A DNA stretch of 64,000 bases from Bacteroidota bacterium (GCA_041695085.1 JBGFRO010000041.1:78245-142244); one strand, 5' to 3'. Shown: positions 43,331 through 53,453, counted from the stretch's first letter. Notes: generated by a model from the sequence alone, not told the origin. Numbers and translations: made by a program.

Positions 43331-45214
43331 TCAATTGGAAACGCGCTCTTGCACTAATCGCTCGCGCAACTGTCTCCCTGGCAGAAACTCAGGATCAATG
43401 GTCGTAACGAGTTCAAGCATCTCGAGGGCTTCGTCGATTTTTCCTTGATCCCGAAGGGCAAGGGCAGTGTAGCTGAGCATCTGGGAGTACTGGCTCTTGA
43501 TTCCTTTTACGTCCTTGCTCATTTTTTTGGCATTTTTGAATTGAATTTTGGGTTTTTCAAGGGAGACTGTATCATTCGGCCCGGCCAGCCGGAACACCAA
43601 TCCGGCCGGTATCCTCTTAAAATCAACGAGGAATTCCGGCTCAATCTCAGGTCCAACATAAACCGGCCTCATTTTGGACGCTTCCTTGATGAACGCTCTC
43701 ATCATCTCAACGAAACGTGCTTCAATAATGCGTGGATCATACGGCTCGTCTTTCTCAAATTTAGCTAACTGCACTAAAAACGCCTCAACCTGAGGTCGTG
43801 CCAGATCTATGAGCCATCTTTGGTAATCCCCTAAGTAGCGAAGATACCACGATCGCCGAAAGAGTTCTTTGTCGATGACAACAACATCTCGCCGGATATT
43901 CCGCATGGTCTGGAAATAGAGAGCTGGTGAGACGAAATAATCCCACTGATAACTCAAGACGACCGCATTGCTGTCGAGATTTTCAAGAATATTGAGCGTG
44001 TAGTCCCGTACCAACGTGTTATCCGACTCATCGACCGACGAGAAGTTTTGCGCTAGCTGCACGAACGGCAGAGCCAAAGCGGGCAGCCACAACCAACGCC
44101 GTTTCGCTCCAAGGTCGACCAGCCAGAAAATTCCAAACGATACGAAGACCCCAAGCGAGACATACGCAAGCAGGAAGTAAGAGTCGATGTCGTGAATATC
44201 GTAGTTGATTGAGTAGAGAAGACATCCGACGAAAGCGATTCCCCAGAAGTACAACATCTCACGGTTCCTCACCCACAGCGCTGCGACACCGATCAAGGCC
44301 AAAGCGAGTCCCAACCAATGAATCTCATTATGAAGATTCTGTACGAAGTAGGAAAGCTGTCGGGAAGCACTCTCGAAGCCGGAGAAGATCCAACTTCGAT
44401 ACTGTTTACCCGAAACATGCCAGAGGAACCGCTCGAGATCTGTTGCATACCCCCAGTTAAGAGGTGGCCGTTGAACAGCTCTGAGGGGAAGAAGCAGATA
44501 CACCGAGAGCCCAAGCGAGAAGAACAATGCCAGTCTCGAACCAAGGTATAGTCGCTCCTTCGTATCTCGGAACGCTCGGAAGAACAATAATGTCAGAGCC
44601 GGTAGGATGAGCAGCGTTGTGAGATGATTTGCGAAAGAAAGGCCAAGAACAAATGCCGCTAAGAAGAGGAAAGGTGAGAACTGTTGCGGGGTTTCGAGAG
44701 TCTCGAGAACCCCTCGCAACGCTGCATACAGTATAATCGACAACAGCATCAAGTGCAGCGCATAGACTTCGATGGAGGTTGACTGCATCCAGACCGTCGT
44801 TGAGAAACCGAGTGCGAGAGTACCTGTAACGGCGGCAAGCTTCGAACGAAGATCGTCAGAAATTGAGTCGGAAGATTTTCGAGTAATGCGTGGATTCGCG
44901 TTTCTCAGTAACAGCAAGATCGTCTTGAAGAAGAATACCATCCCGCTCCCGGTTAACATCGCAGCGAACGTATTGAGCCTAATGATCTCCTCCCCTCCCA
45001 CCGGCAGCATTGTGACGATGCGACCGACTATGGAAAAGAGGGGATAACCGGTCGGATGAGCAACCCCCAGCGTCCCAGCCACTGCGGCAAGTTCTCCGCT
45101 ATCGATGAAGGAAACGGTGGGGCACATCGTCGTCAGATAGATCGTGAGGAGGATGAGCCCACAGAGAAACGCTACGACGTTTTCTTGAAGAAGGAACTCC
45201 CTGATTCTTTTCAT
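43331..45214 (-). CDS. DUF2723-family multi-pass membrane glycosyltransferase (GT-C fold, TMEM260-like)
   Basis: N-terminal DSGEL.......GVAHPTGYPL, EVYAL, GLSFANHLT, LNWG..TDLERFLWHVSG; many TM helices; TPR-like end. Confidence 0.85.
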   Translation of the reverse strand: MKRIREFLLQENVVAFLCGLILLTIYLTTMCPTVSFIDSGELAAVAGTLGVAHPTGYPLFSIVGRIVTMLPVGGEEIIRLNTFAAMLTGSGMVFFFKTILLLLRNANPRITRKSSDSISDDLRSKLAAVTGTLALGFSTTVWMQSTSIEVYALHLMLLSIILYAALRGVLETLETPQQFSPFLFLAAFVLGLSFANHLTTLLILPALTLLFFRAFRDTKERLYLGSRLALFFSLGLSVYLLLPLRAVQRPPLNWGYATDLERFLWHVSGKQYRSWIFSGFESASRQLSYFVQNLHNEIHWLGLALALIGVAALWVRNREMLYFWGIAFVGCLLYSINYDIHDIDSYFLLAYVSLGVFVSFGIFWLVDLGAKRRWLWLPALALPFVQLAQNFSSVDESDNTLVRDYTLNILENLDSNAVVLSYQWDYFVSPALYFQTMRNIRRDVVVIDKELFRRSWYLRYLGDYQRWLIDLARPQVEAFLVQLAKFEKDEPYDPRIIEARFVEMMRAFIKEASKMRPVYVGPEIEPEFLVDFKRIPAGLVFRLAGPNDTVSLEKPKIQFKNAKKMSKDVKGIKSQYSQMLSYTALALRDQGKIDEALEMLELVTTIDPEFLPGRQLRERLVQERVSN

Positions 45215-48093
45215 TGTGAAGAAGACTTGAGCCGTCGCAATGTCTTAAGAAGAAATGCGCGATTCTCTTTCTGAAATCGTCGAACAAGTTCTTTCAACCG
45301 CTTCGCCGATCCCAATCCCAAACCTGCAGCAATTGCCTGAGCGCGCAGCGAATCGGCAGGAACCACAAACTCGTTGGACTCGGCATTGATGCGGATCAAC
45401 GTCTCGAGCGACCGAAACACCGTCAGCCGCCTTCGAAGATCCCGAACCTCCGCTTGGGTGAGAAGTCGGAGACGGTTGAACTCGTCGAGCTGTTCAAAAC
45501 TATTCGGCGGGAATTCATCCGCGCCGCGAGCGCATTTCCACAACGCTATGGATTGAAGGGCGAACTCGATGTCGATGAGCCCTCCACGCGAAGTCTTCAG
45601 ATTCGACCGGGTCCGCTCGCCGCTCCGTTCCTTCTCTATCTTCTTTTTCATCTGACGAATTTCACGCGTCCAGCCATCTGGTAAGCCTCTCCGGACGATT
45701 TCGTCTCGAAACATTTGAAGTATGCGTCGGCCAAATCCTGAATCACCGCCGACCATGCGGGCTTTTTGGAGCGATTGAAGTTCCCACAACGATGCTCGTG
45801 ATCGAAGGTAGTCTCTATAATAGATGAAATCTGTCGCCAGAGGTGAACTCTTGCCTTCGGGCCGGAGACGGAAATCGACTTCGTACACTCCGCCTACCTG
45901 ATCGATAAATCTCTGAACCGCTCTGTTCGACCGTTTGGCAGATTCATCCCCCCTTCCTTCATACACGAAGATCAGATCAAGATCGGAACCAATGGTTATT
46001 TCCCTTCCCCCGAACTTACCGAGGGCCACGAACGCAAAAAGAACACCTTTTTGAGTAAGACCCACCTCCTCATCGATTGATTCTCCTGATCGCTTCACGA
46101 CATATTCGGCCAAAGATGAAAGATTCGCGAGCATCGTTGGCAGGTCGTCCAATCCCATCAACCAGCGCAGAATGTATTTGAATTCGTTATACTTTCGTAA
46201 TCGAAGAAGATCGTTCTCTTGAAAGAATTCCCATCCACGCGGCGGAGCGAGAACTTCCTCGGTTCGACCAACAAGCGTCTCAAAAAGAAGGGGCTCCTGC
46301 GCAAGAAGTTCCGACAATTTCGACGATCGAGAACAGATCACAATCAATAACTCCAGCAGTTTGGCGTGCCGGACCGATTGGGCAAGTGTTCTTCTGATCG
46401 GTGTGGAGGTGGCAAGATGAAGAAAGTTACGCACAGCCCAATCGCCGGCACCAAACTGTCGGCAGAGCTCAACAAAAGAACGGAGTCGCTTCGAAACACG
46501 GAGCTCTTCAAGCTCCCGTGCGATCGAGACGAGTGCCTCTGCGGTCTGCTCCGGTTCTTTGAAACCCAGACGACGTAGGGCAGGAGGAGAGAGCAGTTGT
46601 TCTGTCGATTCAACAGATACGTCTTTTTTGTCCCCTCGATCCGAACCACCGTGGAACAATACATCAAAGAGTTGCCGCACTCCACACCGATGTTTTTGCA
46701 GCGTCCGTTCGAATGTCTTGGCGGAACTGAATCCGAGCTGGCGCGCAAGCACGGCTTTCTCCTCTGCCGATTCCGGCAACGAGTGTTTTTGAAGACCGTG
46801 AAGGAGCTGCAGTCGGTCTTCTACGGTGCGAAGAAACCTGTATGCTGAAGCAAGCAACCGATCCTCCTCGTCGTTGAGGATTCCTGCAGCGGCGAGCGTC
46901 GAGATGCCGGACAGCGTTGATTGCTGACGGAGTTCGTGACGCGATCCGGCGTGAGCCATCTGAAGCGCCTGAACGATGAATTCTATGTCACGAATCCCCC
47001 CACTCCCCAGCTTTACGTTCTCTTCCCCGCGGAGATAATCTTCAATCTTTGCCTTGATGCGCGCGATTTCTTCGAAGGGACTTCCCATCAGACTTTTCGG
47101 ATAGATGAAGGGCTCCAGAGTACGGAGCCAACGCTCCCCCACTTCTTCATTACCCGCAACGATGCGTGCTTTGAGGAGCATTTGTCGCTCCCACAGCTCT
47201 CCCCGCGTTTCGTAGTAGGAAAGATATCCGCTAATCGGGAGCGCGAGCGGACCGGATTTTCCCTCCGGCCGCAATCTCATATCGACCCTGTACAAATGCC
47301 CCTCATTCGTGTGCTCACTGAGTCTTCTTATCACAAATTCCGCCAACCGGTTATAGTACTCAAACGATGAACCGATCCTTCCAAAGTTCGTGCTCCACTC
47401 TTCATCGCGATCGTAGACAAACATGAGGTCGATATCGGAACTGAAATTCAACTCTCCACCTCCTAATTTTCCCAATCCGATGACTGTGAATTCACCGCGT
47501 CGTTCAATTCCAACGGTTTCGTAAAAGTATCGCTCACCCAGCTCCAGAACCGTCCCAACGATAACGTCTGCCAGCGCAGCCAACTCGGACGACGTCTGCT
47601 GCACGTTTGCCTCTCCTAGAATCGCCCTCGTGCCGATGCGAAGCAATTCCCGCCGCTGAAGCCGCTTCAGACTGTCAAGTTTCCGTTCCAGGCGTTGAAA
47701 CACTATTACGGCATCCAGAGCATCACGAGTCAATTCTTCTTTCGATTTCGCCCTTCGCAACACATCCGGGGAAGTGAGCCACGTAAGAAGTTCAGGATGT
47801 CGGACGAGAATATCCGCGAGAAATTGGGATTGGGAAAAAATCTGTGCTGCCGTGTCAAGCAGGAAGGGATGGGCGAGGAACTCTCTCAACGTAGCCGACG
47901 CAAATCCGGCCGCCAAATAGCGATGCAGGTTAACAAGTCCGCGGCGGGGATGTGGCGTGGTGCGCAGAACACGTCGGACCTGGTTTACCACTGCGCGCGG
48001 CGACAACGAAGCTTCCGCTGCCAACACGCCGAGTCTTTGATAAAGGGCTTCGAGTGAAGAGTCGAGTGAGTGGAATTCTTCCGTAGATGCCAT
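45211..48093 (-). CDS. glnE: Bifunctional glutamine synthetase adenylyltransferase/adenylyl-removing enzyme
   Basis: Two nucleotidyltransferase halves: GLGKLGGGELNFSSDIDL...YRVDMRLRPEG...WERQMLLKAR...KLGSGGIRDIEF and ALGKFGGREITIGSDLDL...VDFRLRPEG...GGLIDIEF. Confidence 0.93.
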   Translation of the reverse strand: MASTEEFHSLDSSLEALYQRLGVLAAEASLSPRAVVNQVRRVLRTTPHPRRGLVNLHRYLAAGFASATLREFLAHPFLLDTAAQIFSQSQFLADILVRHPELLTWLTSPDVLRRAKSKEELTRDALDAVIVFQRLERKLDSLKRLQRRELLRIGTRAILGEANVQQTSSELAALADVIVGTVLELGERYFYETVGIERRGEFTVIGLGKLGGGELNFSSDIDLMFVYDRDEEWSTNFGRIGSSFEYYNRLAEFVIRRLSEHTNEGHLYRVDMRLRPEGKSGPLALPISGYLSYYETRGELWERQMLLKARIVAGNEEVGERWLRTLEPFIYPKSLMGSPFEEIARIKAKIEDYLRGEENVKLGSGGIRDIEFIVQALQMAHAGSRHELRQQSTLSGISTLAAAGILNDEEDRLLASAYRFLRTVEDRLQLLHGLQKHSLPESAEEKAVLARQLGFSSAKTFERTLQKHRCGVRQLFDVLFHGGSDRGDKKDVSVESTEQLLSPPALRRLGFKEPEQTAEALVSIARELEELRVSKRLRSFVELCRQFGAGDWAVRNFLHLATSTPIRRTLAQSVRHAKLLELLIVICSRSSKLSELLAQEPLLFETLVGRTEEVLAPPRGWEFFQENDLLRLRKYNEFKYILRWLMGLDDLPTMLANLSSLAEYVVKRSGESIDEEVGLTQKGVLFAFVALGKFGGREITIGSDLDLIFVYEGRGDESAKRSNRAVQRFIDQVGGVYEVDFRLRPEGKSSPLATDFIYYRDYLRSRASLWELQSLQKARMVGGDSGFGRRILQMFRDEIVRRGLPDGWTREIRQMKKKIEKERSGERTRSNLKTSRGGLIDIEFALQSIALWKCARGADEFPPNSFEQLDEFNRLRLLTQAEVRDLRRRLTVFRSLETLIRINAESNEFVVPADSLRAQAIAAGLGLGSAKRLKELVRRFQKENRAFLLKTLRRLKSSSQ

Positions 48094-48146
48094 GCGAAGG
48101 CAATTATAGCAAAAAACGAGATGAGATTCCGTGCTGAACTGACTTC

Positions 48147-48516
48147 GCTTAAATCCGATTTAGAGAGTCGTGAGAACTTAGGTAGAGCAAGCGGGAGGAT
48201 GTCGAAATCACGGCACGCGGGCTGAAAAGCGATGGCGTGCGTTCAATTCTTGGCGCACTCCCGTGTCACGTCCATCACCTTCTTCCGCAGATGCGCCAAG
48301 AATTGTGGGTGGTGCGGAGGAAGAGCCATCGCGTGCGTTTGATTTCGGCACGTTTTCTTTTGTGCCACTTTTCTTTTCCGAAAAGAAAAGTGGCGAGAGG
48401 ATTCTCGCGTTGCGGGTTCTGACGTTCACCTCTGCGGTGAAGAAGAGTGTGTCCATTTCGAACGGATGTAGTTCTGCGAACCTACGACAGAACACGCCTC
48501 TATGTCGGAATTAAGG
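48147..48516. mobile_element. Structured repeat element, copy 2 (370 bp, apparently uninterrupted)
   Basis: Ends GCTTAAATCCGA / TCGGAATTAAGG. Flanked by ACTTC at 48142-48146 and 48517-48521. Nested stems include AATTCTTGGCGCA/TGCGCCAAGAATT and a 31-bp palindrome at 48364-48394. Confidence 0.85.
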
Positions 48517-48529
48517 ACTTCCCTCCACC

Positions 48530-48558
48530 TTGCTTCTCTTCACGTGATGCTCTATATT
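48530..48558 (+). promoter_or_regulatory. sigma70-type promoter for the ethD-paa cluster
   Basis: TTGCTT-17 bp-TATATT. Confidence 0.55.
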
Positions 48559-48605
48559 TGTCCGTCCTTGAACCGTCCACCACGCTTCCGGAGCGATCGA
48601 TCCTT

Positions 48606-48935
48606 ATGGTCAAACTCATTGCACTTTACAAAACGCCTCCCGACCCAAAAGCATTCGACGAACATTATTTTGGCATCCACACGCCGCTTGTCAAAAAATG
48701 GCCGGGCCTTCGCAAGCTTGAAATCGCAAAGATCACCGGCGCTCCGATCGGCGAGCCGAAGCACTATCTGATCGCTGAAATGTACTTTGACAATGCTGAA
48801 GCCATGCAGCGAGCGCTCGCATCGCCCGAAGGCAAAGCAGCCGCACGGGATGTGATGGAATTCGCGGGAAACCTCATCACGATGTTCTACGCCGAGGTAA
48901 ACGAGGAGTCGGCGACAACGACATTTCAAGATTAA
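48606..48935 (+). CDS. EthD-family protein
   Basis: MVKLIALYKTP.DPKAFDEHY...HTPLVKKWPGLR...IAEMYFD...ALASPEGKAAARD. Confidence 0.88.
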   Translation: MVKLIALYKTPPDPKAFDEHYFGIHTPLVKKWPGLRKLEIAKITGAPIGEPKHYLIAEMYFDNAEAMQRALASPEGKAAARDVMEFAGNLITMFYAEVNEESATTTFQD

Positions 48936-49022
48936 GGGAACCGGCATCACGTGCCGTGCGGGATCATCCGCCACACAAATTCGCATCAATCAATTCACCG
49001 CTCACGTTCTACCCACCGGAAC

Positions 49023-49931
49023 ATGACCATGGAAAAGTACTCCGGCCGACCTTCGAGCAGTTTCCGCTTCAAAAGTATTCTCTATGAAAAGAGAGAGTGG
49101 ATTGCGACTGTCACCATCAACCGGCCGCGCGTCCATAATTGCCTGAACCTCGAGACGCTTCGTGAATTGGGTGAAGCCTTCCTCGATGCATCGTGGGATG
49201 ACGAGATGGCAGTTGTCGTCGTGACCGGCGCTGGCGACAAAGCGTTCTGTACGGGGGCAGATTTGAAGGAATGGAAGGAAGATTTTCTCCCCCGGCCAAA
49301 CGACTTTTATAAATGGATGGGAGCGTTCATTGAAACGTTCGAGCGACTGCGGAACATCGGGAAGCCGACGATTGCGCGATTGAACGGCATGGCCGTGGGC
49401 GGCGGGAACGAACTGCAAATGTCGTGCGACCTCGCCATTGCCGCAGAGGATGTGTCTATCCGCCATGTGGGAACAGAGCATGGTTCCGTTCCGGCGGCTG
49501 GTGCAGCACAATGGCTCCCCCTCATCGTGGGCGATCGGCGCGCACGGGAGATCCTCTTTTTATGCGAGCAGATTTCCGCACGAAAAGCCCTGGAGTGGGG
49601 ATTGGTCAATGAAGTTGTACCTCGCAAAGAGCTGGACGCAGCCGTCGAGCGCATGTGCAAGAAACTCATCAGGAAGTTACCCGAGTGCACACGGTATACA
49701 AAGCAACAGCTCAATTTCTGGCGAGAGTTTTCATGGCATATGACGATCGGTCACGTCAAGGATTGGTTGACCGTTCACACTGCTGCGCCGGAAATTGTAG
49801 AAGGAATCAACGCCTTCAACGAAAAGCGCCCAATCGATTACGAGAAGATTCGACGCCAAATGGCAGAGGCCGGTTCAGCGCGACCGCAATTCGGAAAGAC
49901 CAAACGACTCAAACGGACGCGCTCGCATTAA
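49023..49931 (+). CDS. Crotonase-family enzyme of the MenB/BadI/Oah (C-C cleaving or forming) type
   Basis: AFCTGADL, GGGNELQMSCDL, HVGTEHGSVP (second catalytic Glu absent), GDRRAREILFLC. Confidence 0.8.
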   Translation: MTMEKYSGRPSSSFRFKSILYEKREWIATVTINRPRVHNCLNLETLRELGEAFLDASWDDEMAVVVVTGAGDKAFCTGADLKEWKEDFLPRPNDFYKWMGAFIETFERLRNIGKPTIARLNGMAVGGGNELQMSCDLAIAAEDVSIRHVGTEHGSVPAAGAAQWLPLIVGDRRAREILFLCEQISARKALEWGLVNEVVPRKELDAAVERMCKKLIRKLPECTRYTKQQLNFWREFSWHMTIGHVKDWLTVHTAAPEIVEGINAFNEKRPIDYEKIRRQMAEAGSARPQFGKTKRLKRTRSH

Positions 49932-49965
49932 AACCTTCGTACACCTTCTACCTTCCCTTCAACGT

Positions 49966-50739
49966 ATGGCTTACGAACACTTGCTGATCACAAAGGAATC
50001 GGGGTATGCGCTCATCCAATTCAACCGTCCCGAGGTGCTCAACGCGCTCAATATCAAATTGATGTCAGAACTCGTGGACGCGCTGGAGGAGTTGGACAAA
50101 GATCCCGAAGTCCGCTGCGTCATTCTCACCGGCAACGAGAAAGCCTTTGCAGCGGGAGCAGACATCAAAGAGATGGCAGATGCCTCCGCCATGGAAATGC
50201 TGCAGCGCGATCAATTTGCCCGGTGGGATAGAATCCGAAAGATCAAAAAGCCGCTCATCGCCGCCGTCAGTGGTTTTGCGCTTGGAGGAGGATGCGAGTT
50301 GATGATGACGTGCGATATGGTTATTGCTTCCGAAACGGCGAAGATCGGTCAACCGGAAATCAACATCGGCGTGATGCCCGGAGCGGGAGGAACACAACGC
50401 CTGACGCGTGCGGTCGGCAAAGTAAAAGCAATGGAAATGGTGTTGACAGGAAAACCCATCTCGGCCCAAGAAGCGTTGCAGTGGGGATTGGTCAACAAGG
50501 TTGTGCCGGTTGAATATTATCTGCAAGAAGCCAAAGAGCTCGCGAAGGAGATCGCCTCCAAAGCTCCGATGGCCGTCAAGCTTGCCAAAGAGTCTGTCCT
50601 CAAATCATTCGATACAACGATCGAGGGGGGATTGGAGTTCGAACGAAAGAATTTCTATTTACTCTTCGCAAGCGAGGATCAGAAGGAAGGAATGAAGGCG
50701 TTCATCGAGAAGAGGAAACCGGAGTGGAAGGGGCAATAG
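49966..50739 (+). CDS. paaF: Enoyl-CoA hydratase, PaaF-like
   Basis: AFAAGADIKEM, GGGCEL, GQPEINIGVMPGAGGTQRL (both Glu present); cluster context. Confidence 0.8.
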   Translation: MAYEHLLITKESGYALIQFNRPEVLNALNIKLMSELVDALEELDKDPEVRCVILTGNEKAFAAGADIKEMADASAMEMLQRDQFARWDRIRKIKKPLIAAVSGFALGGGCELMMTCDMVIASETAKIGQPEINIGVMPGAGGTQRLTRAVGKVKAMEMVLTGKPISAQEALQWGLVNKVVPVEYYLQEAKELAKEIASKAPMAVKLAKESVLKSFDTTIEGGLEFERKNFYLLFASEDQKEGMKAFIEKRKPEWKGQ

Positions 50740-50766
50740 ATCACAGGAATTAACTTCTTGAAGACG

Positions 50767-51558
50767 ATGGCTGACTACCAAGCAGTACGCCTCTCACTTA
50801 CCGACGCCGTCCTGACCATCACCCTTCATCGACCGGAGGTCTACAATGCCTTGAACGAGCAGATGAAGAAAGAATTGAACGACGCGTTTAAGGAAGCAGA
50901 GAGGGACGCAAGCGTCCGATGCATCGTTCTCCGTGGTGCCGGCGAGAAAGCGTTCTGTTCGGGTCAAGACCTCAAAGAACATGCAGGTAGGTCGGAACGC
51001 CGCTCGTTGAAGGAGTCGTTGGACAAGAGCTACAATCCCCTCATTCGGAAAATTCGCTCAATCGAAAAACCGGTCATCGGTATGATCAACGGTGTCGCCG
51101 CGGGGGCTGGATTAAGCATCGCTCTCGCATGCGACATGCGTACGATGGCTGAGCACGCGAAACTCATCGAAGTGTTCATCCGCATCGCGCTCGTGCCCGA
51201 TTCGGGCTCACATTGGTTCTTGCCGCGTTTAGTTGGGATCGCCAAGGCTTTTGAATACGCCGCGCTGGGAGATGATATCGCGGCCGAAGAAGCGGAGCGC
51301 GTGGGATTGGTCAACAAGGTCGTCCCCGCCTCTGAGCTTGAATCAACAACGATGGATCTTGCTCGACGTCTATCCCAAGGCCCGACGAAGTCCATCGGGC
51401 TCATCAAACGCACACTCAACAAGGCCCTTGTCTCGGATCTCGATTCTCTCCTCGATTATGAAGCGATGATACAGGAGATCGCTTCCCTTACAGAAGATCA
51501 CAAGGAAGGTGTCAATGCTTTCCTTGAAAAACGAGCTGCACAATTCAGAGGACGATGA
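50767..51558 (+). CDS. paaG: Ring-1,2-epoxyphenylacetyl-CoA isomerase, PaaG-like
   Basis: FCSGQDL, YNPLIR, GVAAGAGLSIALACD, FIRIALVPDSG (catalytic Asp, no Glu pair). Confidence 0.82.
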   Translation: MADYQAVRLSLTDAVLTITLHRPEVYNALNEQMKKELNDAFKEAERDASVRCIVLRGAGEKAFCSGQDLKEHAGRSERRSLKESLDKSYNPLIRKIRSIEKPVIGMINGVAAGAGLSIALACDMRTMAEHAKLIEVFIRIALVPDSGSHWFLPRLVGIAKAFEYAALGDDIAAEEAERVGLVNKVVPASELESTTMDLARRLSQGPTKSIGLIKRTLNKALVSDLDSLLDYEAMIQEIASLTEDHKEGVNAFLEKRAAQFRGR

Positions 51559-51751
51559 TGTAAAGACTTGTCCAAGGTTTCTCCCCTCTCCATTGTTCCA
51601 AATCACGTCGTTCGGGGAACATCTCCTCCTCATTTCTTCAACAAGCTGGTGCTTCTACACATTTTTGGTGACAATCTCACCGAGTATTGTTTTTCACCCC
51701 TCATTTCTGTAAGTTCTCGCACATTTTCAACAGCTCTCCGCACTCGATTCA

Positions 51752-52609
51752 ATGATCAAACATCTCGGCGTCGTCGGCGCGGGCACGATGGGAGCGGGCA
51801 TCGCTCAAGTTGCCGCACTGGCCAATATTGAAGTCGCCCTCTACGATATCAACGACACGGTCCTTCGGCAGGCGTTCGAACGGATCAAAGCCGATCTGAA
51901 GAAGGGGATTGAGAAGGGAAAACTAACAAAAGACCAAATAGAAGCCGCCCTGGATCGAATTCATCCCCGAACACATCTCGCGGACTTACGTCACAGCGAA
52001 CTCGTGATTGAAGCCGTTATCGAAGACCTGCGCGTCAAGAAAGACCTATTCAAACACCTCGAAGCGGATACGCGCCCCTCAGCGATCCTCGCATCCAATA
52101 CTTCATCCTTTTCAATTACATCGATCGCTTCGGCAGTCAAACGCCCCGAACGGGTTATCGGCATGCACTTCTTCAATCCACCCCACGTGATGAAACTCGT
52201 TGAGGTCGTTCGCGGTCATCGCACCTCCGAGGAGGTAATGCGCCGGACAATCGAAATTGTAGGCCAGCTGTCGAAAACGGCTGTCGTCTCAAAAGATCGT
52301 CCCGGCTTCATCGTCAACAGGGTTGCTCGTCCATTCTATGGCGAGGCGTTAAGACTCCTCGGCGAGGGTGTCGCCGACATCGAGCAGATCGACAAGATCG
52401 TCAAGCTGGAAGGAGGTTTTCCGATGGGTCCTTTCGAGCTGATGGATTTGATCGGGCTCGATGTCAATCTTGCCGTCACACAATCGGTGTACGAGCAGTA
52501 TTTCGGCGATCCGCGTTACCGGCCACATCCCATCCAGAAGCAAATGGTGGAGTCCGGACTTCTTGGCCGCAAGACAAAGCGCGGATTTTATTCGTACGAG
52601 GAACAGTGA
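51752..52609 (+). CDS. paaH: 3-hydroxyacyl-CoA dehydrogenase (N-terminal half of a PaaH-like enzyme)
   Basis: [52 protein letters not shown]. Confidence 0.85.
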   Translation: MIKHLGVVGAGTMGAGIAQVAALANIEVALYDINDTVLRQAFERIKADLKKGIEKGKLTKDQIEAALDRIHPRTHLADLRHSELVIEAVIEDLRVKKDLFKHLEADTRPSAILASNTSSFSITSIASAVKRPERVIGMHFFNPPHVMKLVEVVRGHRTSEEVMRRTIEIVGQLSKTAVVSKDRPGFIVNRVARPFYGEALRLLGEGVADIEQIDKIVKLEGGFPMGPFELMDLIGLDVNLAVTQSVYEQYFGDPRYRPHPIQKQMVESGLLGRKTKRGFYSYEEQ

Positions 52610-53445
52610 GCATGTCCAAGAAGAAAAAGCGCACGATGTCAACAGCGCACACTCCGGCAGCTCACGACTCAAGGGAGCCGGATCGCCCGAGGGTGTATCT
52701 CATAGGCGAGCCCCCCCTCGTCGAGCAATATGCCCAGATTATCGCGGAGAAAGAGTACGAAGTATGTGTGCAGTGGAACAACCGCCGACCGGCAGACATC
52801 GAGCTTGATCGAGTCCGCGTACAACAAACATCCGTCATCCCGGCCTCTACTTCAGTCGCGTTGGAGCTCACGAACAACGATCGCGCCTTCAAGCAGAAGA
52901 ATTTGACGAAACTCGACGCAACATTGCCTGCGACCACTCCCATCCTCTCATCGTCGGTCACCATCACAGCCGCGGAACAGTCACAATGGATGCGTCACCG
53001 TCATCGGTTGGTGGGATTTTGCGCGATGCCCACACTTGCCGATCGTCCACTGGTCGAGGTGGCCCCGACAGTCTTCTCCCCTCGCGAGACGCTGACAGTC
53101 GTACAGCATTTCTTCGCATCGATCGGGAAGGAGATTGTCCTCGTGCAAGACCGTGTCGGGATGGTGCTCCCCCGTATCCTTTGTCAGATCATCAACGAGG
53201 CGGCATTTGCGTTACAGGAAGACGTTGCGACCCCTCAAGATGTGGATATAGCGATGAAGCTCGGCACAAACTATCCGCTGGGGCCAATCGAGTGGGGCAA
53301 CAAGATCGGAATACGGAACGTTTATCACATCCTCCAAGCTATGCACGACGATTTACTGGAAGACCGGTATCGCATTGCTCCCCTGTTGAAACAACTCGCC
53401 CTCACCGGCGAGTGGTGGCGGGAAGAATTGACCATATCTCAATGA
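52606..53445 (+). CDS. 3-hydroxyacyl-CoA dehydrogenase C-terminal-half homolog (degenerate NAD domain)
   Basis: [22 protein letters not shown]...[16 protein letters not shown] matches the second dimerisation domain of long PaaH. No GxGxxG or HFFNP. GTGA overlap with the previous gene. Confidence 0.8.
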   Translation: MSMSKKKKRTMSTAHTPAAHDSREPDRPRVYLIGEPPLVEQYAQIIAEKEYEVCVQWNNRRPADIELDRVRVQQTSVIPASTSVALELTNNDRAFKQKNLTKLDATLPATTPILSSSVTITAAEQSQWMRHRHRLVGFCAMPTLADRPLVEVAPTVFSPRETLTVVQHFFASIGKEIVLVQDRVGMVLPRILCQIINEAAFALQEDVATPQDVDIAMKLGTNYPLGPIEWGNKIGIRNVYHILQAMHDDLLEDRYRIAPLLKQLALTGEWWREELTISQ

Positions 53446-53453
53446 GGCTTCGT

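Noticed and set aside
48234-48262. GTTCAATTC resembling a tRNA T-loop within the repeat
   Set aside because: No T-stem, anticodon arm or acceptor stem. The bases belong to a different 13-bp stem.
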